Assembly (NCBI GenBank): GCA_028534125.1 | Contig: CM052816.1 | Location: 89,406,001-89,470,000 of the forward strand | DNA: 64,000 nucleotides | Direction of reading: 5' to 3' | From: Lama glama | Taxonomy: Eukaryota | Part shown: positions 53,596-64,000 of the stretch, piece after piece | How positions within the stretch are numbered: position 1 is the first letter of the stretch | Layout: each line of letters opens with the position of its first letter | Made by a program: the position numbers and the translations under genes | The notes under the pieces: model-generated | Told to the model about the DNA's origin: nothing | Databases searched by the model: none | What the model saw: only the letters and a program-made list of their open reading frames with translations

Positions 53596-54671
53596 CACTT
53601 TTTTTCAATATGGTCCCGATTTCTAGGGTGGAAACAGAAAGAAGAGAATACCTCATGTTGCTCTTTTAAATAACCATATTGTTACGTATCAAAATAGAGT
53701 TATTGACAAGGTTTTTCTTTCACGCATTATAAAAAGAGTTCTGCAGAAATAGCTTAATATGATTTTAGATGAGAGAAGAATAGAAACTTGTCCTTTAACT
53801 TAAATTCCCACATGCCATTACAAGCATACTTCAGGGAAAAGGAATTTGTCTTGAATTTGACTGATGTTTCCAAAGCACAAGTAAGAAGTTACTGGAGCAG
53901 TATAATTACATCCAAGATCTTCTCACTGATTTTGATCCATTACCTACACGTTTCAGTAGCCAGAAAATAATGTGTTAATTAAGAGGTATCTCACCCCTCA
54001 ATGCCTCATTCTCTAAATAAATTTTTAAAATATGTTTGAAATAATCCAGGTCGAAGTGCCTTGGTTATGATATGTTCATAAAAAGGTCATTCTATTTAAT
54101 GTGAGCACATCTGTTTCAAGACTATTTTCTGTACCCCTTTGTATTCTGAGCACTGAACACGTGGTAATGCAATAAATTCTCACTGAATTAATTTCTTCAT
54201 TAAATGAATTAACTGAATTAATTTGGTGATTTCCAGTTTGTTAGAATTTGGTTCCTTTAGCATTCAAACAGCCATTAGAAGAAATAGGTTTTGTTTAATA
54301 ACTGTTGACATATGGAGATTAAACTGTTGTCTTTGTTTCATTATCAATTCTGTTTGATGACAGGGTTGCCATGTAAAATCTGAAAACAGTATACAATTAA
54401 AAAAAAGACATCACAGGGGCCCTGATATATAGAAATGTTATGATTGTCTTTATTCACAGTGAACAGGTAGGTAAGCACACTGGAGGCCAGTTTATGCAGT
54501 GTAAATGAACTGCACTGGCCCCTCCTTACGTCGCATTGCATTCTCTACTTAGATGCCACCAGCAGTCAAAGCAATGTTTGCAGCCTGTGGAGAAGCAGAG
54601 AGACAGCAGGCAATTGGAGAATGCATGCAATGGCATGGATGGGTGTGATGCTTCAATGGAGGGCATTCACC

Positions 54672-55120
54672 TACATATGACATGATTCAATATTTGTACA
54701 TATTGCAAAATGATCCCCACAGTGAGTCTAGTTAACATCAGTCACCATACATTGTTACAATGTCTTTCTTGTGATGAGAACTCTCTCTACTCTCTTAGCA
54801 ACTTTCAAATACTCAATACAGTATTATTAACCTTAGTCATTACATTACACTCCCGTGACTTATTTATTTTATAACTGGAAGTTTGTATCTTTTGACTCCT
54901 TTCACCCATTTTGCCCCCACCCTCTACACCCTGCCTGCTATTCTCTGTACTATGAGTTTGTAGGGTGGGCGGGGGTGTTTTTTTTTCTTCAGATTCCACA
55001 TCTGTATGAGATCATACAGTAGTTGTCTCTGTCTGACTTATCTCATTTAGCATAATGCTCTCAAAGTCCAGCCAGGTTGTCACAAATGGCAAGATTGTAT
55101 TCTTTTCTTCTGGCTGAATA
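54672..55120 (-). mobile_element. L1MA9-like 3'UTR fragment
   Basis: ctactctcttagcaactttcaaata...ataactggaagtttgta...agattccaca...tggctgaata; similar to 36600-37060. Confidence 0.85.
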
Positions 55121-56559
55121 AGCTATGTTTAAATAGTCCATTGCAAATATAAATAGCATGTGGTACTTACCTCTGAATGATTTGAAATGTAGTATTGGAA
55201 GATAGTTAGCTGTATTTCTTCATTATTTCAAAAAGGTAATATTAGCTTGTCTTCAGTTTTTGTTTATAAAATGTGAGTAAGTTTCTTAAGACAGTTCATA
55301 AGCCCTTCAGCAAAGCTCTGAATATTTTTGTGACACATAATAAAGTCTCTTGACCCAGTCTACAGCTTGAAAATAGCCTCAGAGTTTGAGAAATGGCTGG
55401 TCTGGTGACCTTCCAAGTGACTACAAAGGAGAGATTAAGAAGTAAAAAAATATATATATATTTTAAAATCAAGGGCTTGCGTAAACAAAGTTCTGTTACA
55501 AAGCAAGGCAAAACTGACAAATTGAGAATTATTTTGGATCTCAAATGACACAATGAAAGAGTAATATTGAAGAGTTATATTCAAATATATGATGCTGCTG
55601 CTTCTGAATTAACTGGGAATATGTGAAAATCCCCACTTACTACACCTTCTCCGTTGTCCGTATGCATGAAATATCTCAGGCTATGACTTACCTGTACTCA
55701 CATTTGGTGCTCTCTCTTTAGTTAATTCCTTTTACAATTACTTCTGAAAGGGAAATACTGCAGAGCAAGATGTATAAACTCTTGCCGGGTGAGCTCATGC
55801 AGTAAGTTTGATAAATGGTCCTTGAAGCAGTGGAAAGACATTTATAGGTTCTCTGGAACCCTAAGAGTGAACAGCGTTAAAATAAGCAGTGAAAAGTGCT
55901 AAATCAACAAAAGCAATATGATTTCTGGGTTTATTTTAATAGAAAAAGAAATCTCTAAAATAACTAAATCAATGCCTCATTTAGCCTTACTTCCTCAGCC
56001 ATTATTTGCCATGTTAATTCTTCTCTTAGTTCAATCCTTGTTCTGTAATCCTGTCTGATTATTTTCTTGTTCTTTAATATAACTCATTCTTCAAACTTTA
56101 AATAACTCTATACAAAGAATTCTCAGATATTTCCAGGGAACCAGATTTTTATATTTAGTCTTAGATACATTACATTGATTAATGCAGTGTTTGTTTTACT
56201 TACTTTATAGGCTGTTGTAGCTGCCTAGTTCTTTTTCTATCTGTCTTTCTACAAAGAATCAAAATGAAAATGCATTGAATGGCAAATGATTCAGTGAGAA
56301 GAAGATCTTGATATGATAATTAGAAAGTAGCTACTCCCCAAGTGTAGGATCCTGGTCCATCTCACAAAATACAAACATCCATAGCTGCAAAACAAAAACA
56401 AAGCACATACACATACACAAAACCAAAGACAAAAAAGCAATGGATTCATACTAAACTTTATACAAGGAATAAAGACTCAGTAGAGAGCAATCTAGGCCAT
56501 TAATTATAATAAAGGCACTCTCTTTATTATGCTGGGCAAGAGTGACTTTATATCCATCC

Positions 56560-57140
56560 TTCTCTTTATGAGTGTCATTATAGTCTTGACTCGCCAACCC
56601 AGACCCTTCTACGAACACCATGTGTTCAACTACCCATCAGTCTTTTTCGCAGAGATAGCTCTCAAGCACATAAAAGTCAATATAGCCTTGAATTAACACT
56701 CTCTTCATTGATCTTTATCTTACACTTCCAATCTTGTAGAGGGATTCCCCACTGACCCAAGCCCTTAAGCCAGGTGCCTTCATGCCATTTGAATCACTTC
56801 CTTTCCCTCACACCCCACTTCCAATCAGACACCTCATCCTTAGAAATGTGCTCCAAAGTGCCTCACCTCATTCTTTTCTTCATTTCGTATCTACTTAACC
56901 TTCCAGTGGTTCCCTATCTCATTTATGACCCAAGTCAAAAGCACTACAGTAATTTACATGTCTGTCAATGACGTGGTCTGTCATTCTGATCTCATCCCCT
57001 CTTCTTCATCTTCTTTTTGCTTTAGACATGCTGGCCTCACAGCTTTCCCTCAAACAACCTAGAAAGTAGCCACATTAAAGCATTTGCACTTGTGACTCTT
57101 TTGGCCTGGAACTTTTCCCTCTCACCTCTTTCAAATCCAT
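56560..57140 (+). mobile_element. L2 remnant (continues ~58230-58430 after MER63)
   Basis: catgctggcctc...gcatttgcacttg...gcctggaac; tail ctgaaagaatgaatga at ~58410-58426. Confidence 0.65.
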
Positions 57141-57154
57141 TTAATGCTAGCTGT

Positions 57155-58169
57155 TACTGATGTGCTTGTAAATATTTAACAACCACAAATATATAAGCAT
57201 GTGTATAAGTGTGTATATATATATATATGTATATGTATATATATATATGCATATGTATATATATATATTTGTTTATTGTAAATTTTACTGATGTAATTGA
57301 TGTGTAGCACCCAAATTTACAAACGATTATAAATTATGCATCACTCTTTTTTATAAATTCCGTATAGCCTATTGATTCTTGCAGAATGCCTGCATTGATT
57401 TTTGCCAAACTCCTGCATCCACACACAACTCATTGTTGCAATCCAATGAATATCGACAAAAATCCTACTGCAAATAAATGCTTGATTACTGTCTGATTCA
57501 GCAAAGAAGTTGCTCAGGTCATTGACAAATGAGTTTAGCTCTGGCTTAGGTGTCAGTTGATATTTTTGCTTACATTAACATGTAGATAAAAGGTGTTTGT
57601 ACAACTTTAGTTTCTCATCAGTTATATGAGCCACCATTTTCCTGCTAAGTTGAATAGTTTATATTAGAATATTTCTTCAAATCTTGTGTTATTCACATCT
57701 AAAGGCTACACATTTGATTTTAATATGCTTTAATTATGCTTTTTCCTTTTCTTTCTCAAGTCTAGACAATCACTAACTCAATGAATTAAGCCTGGATTTA
57801 ATCAACATTTTCTGAATTTCGTTGTGAAAGTATTTCCATTGCCAATGACTTTCAAGTTGCCAATATGACACCTCTGGATGTATAGTTGGGAAAGGATGAG
57901 TAGGCGTACATAATTTTATAGCATTTCCACCACACAGATAAAATAGACACAAATAACATCAAGAGTATAATTAACAGTAAAATACAGTAATTCAACATAG
58001 AGAGTAATGAGTTTTCAGATTTTTTGTTTTCTAAGATACGATGTTGAATTGTAAATTTATATAATTTAATCAATAGCAATGACTACATTTTTTAAGTAGC
58101 TGCCTAAAATCTTGAGATTTTAACAATCAACTCTTGTGAGCCAGAACTAGCTAACTCCAACACCCACTA
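57155..58169 (-). mobile_element. MER63D-like hAT-Blackjack DNA transposon, near full length
   Basis: Ends tactgatgtgcttgtaaatatttaacaacc and aacaatcaactcttgtgagccag..ctccaacacccact; internal gatttttgccaaactc, gattcagcaaagaagttgctca, aagtctagacaatca; ~1 kb. Confidence 0.8.
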
Positions 58170-58711
58170 GTACAGTCCTAGTTAAAACTAGGTCCCACTA
58201 TTACAGTTCTAGTTAAACCTGTAAGCCCAAACCAAGTGCTTCATTCCCCCCCAGCTTGAATTAACACCATCTAATCTACATATAACGCAGGTAATTATCC
58301 TCCTTTTTATTCTCCCTGATCTGCCCTCTCTAGAATGTATGCTTCGTGAGGTCAGTGATTTTTCTGTCCCAGGACAGTTTCTGGATTTTTCTGGGCACTC
58401 TAACTACTAGCTGAAAGAATGAATGACTCTTTACATCTCACATGATAAAGGAATTCAAAGCCACTCTTCCTGATCATACACTTGTATAATCTCTATTCTT
58501 TGATTGATCTTTCAGACTGCCCACACAAAAGTCTTTCTCTGCTTCCATCTTTTCTGTGGCATTGTGTTCTTTCACATATTTCACAATCCTTTCTTTGGTC
58601 AAACTGACATGATTTTACCTAAAAGAGTTTCTATAATGAAGGCTCAAAGAAAAGCCTCACATATTCAACATATATCCATATTTTCTTGGTGCAATTTATT
58701 TTTCTTCTTAG

Positions 58712-59140
58712 TGTCATGGGTTGAATTGTACCTCCTACCCCCAAATTCACATGTTGAATTCCTAACCCCTAGTACCTCAGAACATGACCTAATTTGAAGA
58801 CAGGGTCTTTGCAGAGGTAAATCAAGTTAAAGTGGATTCAGAGTGAGCCATAATATAATTTGACTGGTGTCCTTATAAAATAGGAAATTTGGGCATAGAG
58901 CTATCACAGAGGAAAGATGATTTGAAGATAGAGGGAGGATGCCATGTGAGTATGGAAATCGTCATCTATAAGCCAAGGAGGGGGGCCTGGAACAGATCCA
59001 CTCCTCACAGCCCACAGAAGGAGCTGACCATGCCAAAATCTTGCTTTCAGACTCTTAGCTTCCAGAATTGAGAGACGAATTTTGGGTTTTACACAGCCCC
59101 ATTTGTGGTACTGTGTTACAGCAACACTACCAACTAATAT
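58712..59140 (+). mobile_element. MLT1B/C MaLR solo LTR
   Basis: tgtcatgggttgaattgt...cctaacccctagtacctcagaa...tgactggtgtccttataaaa...ttgtggtactgtgttacagca..aactaata. Confidence 0.9.
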
Positions 59141-59658
59141 CTTCAATATCCAAAGGAAATACATTAAATTTAGTAACTTATTTTATATCCATTTTAGTTT
59201 ATGATGCTACAATGCACTTCTGTGGGTTTCTTGCGGCTTCCTTTATTCAATTCTCACTGAAGAAAATTCTGGGTCGGGGATTGTTTTAGCAATGAGGGCA
59301 CAGCAACGAAAACACCACAAACGAAACTGGCCTCGTGGAGCTTTTATTCCAGTGGGAAAGGACCAGCAATTGTCAAAATTAATAAGTAAATGAGTATAAT
59401 GACAATAAGCAAATCAGTGGGATGACAATCCAAAACATCAGAGAGTAAAACTGAGAGAGATCGGAAAAGCGAAGTCTTTGGGAGAGTTAAAAACAGTAGA
59501 CTGTGGGCAGTTTGCTGCTGATGAGATGAGAGCAGACATAATCCATTGGATTTGGCAATAGGAGAAGTATTGAAGGGAAGAGCACGTGAGCATTTTTAGT
59601 GCAGACCACAGCTTCACTGGAGGGGCTTGAAATGAGAGGAAATGACCTAGGATCGCTG

Positions 59659-60005
59659 TGAGGTAGACGCAAATGCTCATCCCCTGTAAGGAAGGACTTG
59701 CAGCCCCGCATGGGAAGTACGGGCAGCACCCGACTCCCGAGTCTCCTTCAAGATCTGTCTCAGGTGCTGATACACAGCTTGCTGAAGTCACGTCATTTCT
59801 GGGATAACCCTCATCCAGTGACTGAGTGTGGTGGACACTCAGGCAGCCTGTGTATCCCTGCGGCATTAGCCTCATCTTTGTTAGACCTGCGTCCCTGATA
59901 ATATCTTCCTCTGGTCACCCATGCTCCGCCCCTCCTTTACATTTGCTCCCTGATAAATACCCTGCACCGAAATCTTTGCCTCAGCCGCAGGAACAACTTC
60001 ATACA
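59659..60005 (+). mobile_element. LTR16-family (ERVL) LTR
   Basis: aagtcacg...catccagtgactg...gataaataccctgcac.gaaatct..gcctcag. Confidence 0.65.
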
Positions 60006-63000
60006 GTATATAGACAACTCTTTTTTTTTTTTTTCTGAGATTTGTCAACAAGAAATGCAGAATTACAAGGGACTGTACATTTTTCATTTTTTAGATGACA
60101 GGTACCCACAGCATGTGTTAGGCAAAGATTAAGGAGATGCTAACTTTAGTCACGACACAGAGAGAGATCTAAGAATTCCTATGCCTGTTAGCTTTTACTA
60201 TTAATCTATCTGTTTATGATCACTGGAGAAACAAAGTGAAAATTAACATTTGGATGCAACTTTCTATTTTAGCTGTCTGATTTTGCTATTTGGTGGTTCA
60301 CATTTCTATCCAACATATGCAAGATAAAACTTTTGAATTTTTCTATCATGGAGTAGATTTTCAATAAATCTGTTTTTTTTTTAACACAAATTCCTTTTTT
60401 GAGCAACACATTAAATTATTCAGTATTCTCAGTAATCAAGAAAATGACCTATTTCGGTTTCCAATCATTCCTTCTTTTCCCCTGGTTGCAATGTAACCCA
60501 TCAACAATATGTTACTTCATAAATCCAAATATTAGGAAACCACAGTAAAATTGTACAGCTTGGTAGAATAAAACTGTTCTTTGATGTGTGCTCCTTAGTT
60601 ACTTTTTTCTTTCTCAGAAATCCTCTTCTACAAAAATGTTCAGACACTGATTAAAAGCCCCGTTTTACAAAATCACATAAGAGTAGTTCTTTCAGACTCA
60701 TCTTTCCAGTGAGAAGGACTTTCTATTCATTGTTCCTCAAAGGATCAAAATCTGTATGTTGATAGATTCAGCTTCTGTGCATCAGGTTGTCAAACAGGGA
60801 TGGATCCTATGCTATTCTTCTGTCACACAGTGAAAGCAGCATTTTACATTTATATAAGTCAACAAGCACTTGAATGTCTTGTAAATAGCATTTAACTTAG
60901 AATAGAGCAATCTTCTATGTTGTATATTCTGTTATTACCACTTAGTTGCTAGTTAAGAAGGGTACCAGATTATTAATTTATGCAATACTTATACTCAGTA
61001 AATGCTAAGAGGGCACCCAAGCTACTATGATTGCTCACCTGAACCATTCAGAGTGTGGACAGATAAGGCTTTAACACATGAGTAAACCTCTCTCCCAGGA
61101 ATAAGACCCTATCTATAAAACTTCCATGTTTCTTTGAGCCGCTTAATGTTCCTGCTACTTAATGCGACATGCCACTGTGCTTGTAAGGGATATTCACAAT
61201 TAGTTTCCCTGTTCACATGGTTTCACTACTGCCTCTCCGTGATACTGGAGCCACAATGGACACTCATTAAGTAATAATACATTTATCTGTAAGTTATCTA
61301 ATGGCTATCAGACATCTATAATTGAATTGTTTACTGGTCAAGTGTATACAGCCAGCATAATATCCCCCTCCAAATACTGTCAAACATGTTAATCTCTTAT
61401 CATTTTTAAAGTTTCCAGTAAAATCTAGGGAGAATCATAAATAATTGACTTTGTGATGTTTCCACTTTAGACTGGCCTTTGTACATGAGAGGCTTCTTGA
61501 AAGCCTAAAAACTACTTTACCATATTTTTCAATTATATTTGTACTTTTCTTATGTTGCTCCTTGAATGTACCATGGTCATCCTGGCTACATTCAATTTCT
61601 TATTCTCAGAAACTTGATAGCCACTTGAATTCTCCACAGATGCCCTTAAGGATTCAATGTTAAATTATGTGCCAAGGGAAATGCAACTCATATTGTATGT
61701 ATACCCTTGAAATCTTACAGATAATTTTACAGATTGTTCATATGAGTTTGTTTCAGTACTACTATTTGTTATGTAGCATATAAAACATGTGTAGATAATA
61801 TATATGCATATTTACATATCCACAGTTATAGCATGCCTATTGTGATATGTAGCTTATTGCATATGGCAATGTCTTCTCTGATTATTAGAGTATGATACAA
61901 TGTGTTGTAAAATAAAATAATACTCCAAAAGAAAAATAGAACTTTCTTTTAAAAAATCAAGAAAGCAGATGACACAATAAGTAAATTGGTATTACAGGAG
62001 AAATTATCAATTTTGAGTTACTTATGGACCTATGTTGTCAACTATACCATTAATAATAAAACTGGATGTTCATTAGTATACACATATTTTATAAGGGAAT
62101 GTTTTGGTATTTTTTCTTAATTAAATGGCTTTAAATAAAATTGTCTCAACAACAAATATTCCAAATATTTTTGATACAGTCATATTAAAGACCCTTTCTT
62201 AAATAGCAGCTGCAACCAAAAAAATCCTATATAAAAGCATTTTACGTTTTTAAATTCATTTTAACCATCATAAGAAAAAAATTAAAGAGAAAAAATAAAT
62301 TGCAAAAAAAATAAGAAGTAGAATACAGAGACATATAGCAATATTTAAGCAATGCATAATATATCTACATGGTAAACTTAATATTTCTTTTTTGTTGTTT
62401 ATATTTTGAGTCTATCAGGTTTCTATAAACCACATGAATGTGCTATTTTGGAAAAATTATACTTGACTATTTCTAGATTTCTAGATTTCTTTTTTTATTA
62501 TTAGTTTATTATTGTTTTCTAAGAAAATACACTTATATTTAAGATACAGTGTGTCTGCATTCAATATCTTATAATAAAATATTTTATCTGATATAACATT
62601 TGAAATTACATTTCTAATTATCTTGATTAAAAAGATCTCATAAATATCACATATAATTTTTTTATTCCCTGTAGAGTGCAAATTTCCAGATGATAAGAGT
62701 CTTGATTTCAGTGTTTACAGGAAGTTGTATTCCCTGTGTTGATTACACATCAATTATACAAAGGTCAATTTTATCTTCCCTCTTCTATTTATTACCTGAA
62801 CTCATGAAATATATGTACATGTACTGTAGCTGTAGTATTTGAGGTGTATGTGTTTCTGTATATGCACTCCAGCTCTGGAGAGAAGGGTAGGATGGAAGTA
62901 GAGAGGTAGGGGGAGAGGGAGGGGAGGTGAAGGGGAAGGGGAAGGAGGCAGAAGAGAAGACCGTATTTAGGAAATATATAGCCTCGATTTAATGGTGTTA

Positions 63001-63063
63001 GAGGTAGTATAGAAAGCAAACCATCATTTACTTCTCAGAGAGGAAAAAAAGTATGTGTTTAAA

Positions 63064-63187
63064 TGTATGTTGTGTGTGTGTGTATATATATATATGCTTG
63101 TATAAAGTGTGTATTTGTGTATGCATGTGTATCTGTATATATGTACATGTGCATATTTATCTGTATGTGTGTGTGTTTGTGTGTGTA
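63064..63187. repeat. Compound (TG)/(TA) microsatellite
   Basis: Directly visible. Confidence 0.85.
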
Positions 63188-63229
63188 TTCTAAATTTGAA
63201 TGCCATTGCAATTGACCCAAACCCAGAAC

Positions 63230-63885
63230 TTTCAAAACCACAGTGATTTTGGAAGCCAAGAAGTTGGGGTTATCTGGGCAATTTCTTGAGCCCTGTGGCA
63301 TTAGCTTGGTTACTTGATAGCATTCTGCTGACACCTGGACTCATTCAAAGCTGAATCCACTCATATGCCCAGTGCCTCAGTGGGAATAGCTGAGAAACTG
63401 GGCTCAGAGGTATCCCTAACCCTTTTCATCTCAGGGCATCTCTGTGTGCTTTCTGTAGCAGGGGAGCTGGAGCTCTTACCTGAAGGCTCTGAGCTCATGT
63501 ATACCAAGGTTGAAGCTTACAATCCTCTTAAGTCCAGGGCAGAAATTGCCATAATGTCACTTCCACTATACTGCATTGGTCAAAGCAGGCATAGGGCAAC
63601 TGTTGTTAATGGTATTGGTATTTGACACCCTGCAAAAAGACCATAAATGGCTAATGGCCACTTGGAGCAAAATGATTCTTTGGTTTCTAAGTTTCTCACT
63701 CTTTCTCCTGTTGGACAAAAGGCTTAATCCTCATCTTTTGGAGTCAGATCTTTCAGTTACTCAGGGTTTTCCACCATCTTTCTGACATCTCCTTGATTAT
63801 ACTCAGAATTTTGATTCCAAGGCTATTAAAACCCAAATTAGACAAGAGAGATGGAGACTGCTTCTGAAGCCACATTGACAAGATG
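63230..63885 (-). mobile_element. Old MLT1 (H-K-like) LTR, apparently interrupted at ~63601-63830
   Basis: tgtcacttccactatactgcattggtcaaagcagg motif; resumes cccaaattag...agccacattg. Confidence 0.55.
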
Positions 63886-64000
63886 CAGACATTCTTCCAG
63901 AATCTATTTCAGGCTCTTCTGCTGTGTTTTCCTCGATTTACTCGCAAGGAATCAGTAGCTCAGAAGGTAATGATTGTGACAGCAGACTCTGAATTCTAAC

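Larger units (their letters stand above)
255..64000 (+). other. CDH18: Very long intron of the cadherin gene (>63 kb, runs off the window)
   Basis: GT donor at 255. No downstream cadherin-like exon (expected to begin GVIRTAL) recognised; content is repeats and AT-rich unique DNA. Confidence 0.8.

Noticed and set aside
59438..60038. Cluster of overlapping ORFs
   Set aside because: Explained by the higher GC of the LTR16/L2 remnants.
1..64000. CRISPR arrays, tRNA/rRNA/snRNA genes, operons or a novel multi-gene system
   Set aside because: Mammalian intronic DNA; no repeat-spacer arrays, structured RNA genes or long ORFs were seen by eye.

Overview
AT-rich mammalian genomic DNA. The only supportable coding feature is one 120-bp, phase-1/phase-1 exon at 135-254 (+) encoding [40 protein letters not shown](G), part of extracellular domain EC2 of a type II classical cadherin, best matching CDH18. 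The rest of the window (255-64000) appears to be one very long intron; I did not find the expected next exon (GVIRTAL...). It is filled with interspersed repeats: MIR, L2, L1, MaLR/ERV LTRs, Tigger and MER63 DNA transposons, and microsatellites. The young L1 3' ends and the absence of recognisable Alu, B1, Bov-tA, PRE-1 or CanSINE copies suggest a laurasiatherian, probably camelid, host (inference). Repeat names come from recognition by eye, not from an alignment. I found no evidence for a novel multi-gene system. The observations most worth checking are retrotransposition footprints (an orphan TSD-flanked 86-bp retro-insert, a twin-primed L1, an internally deleted L1 with both ends intact, a young solo LTR), a perfect 22-bp inverted repeat, and a candidate recursive splice site. 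Nearly all listed ORFs are chance or repeat-derived.
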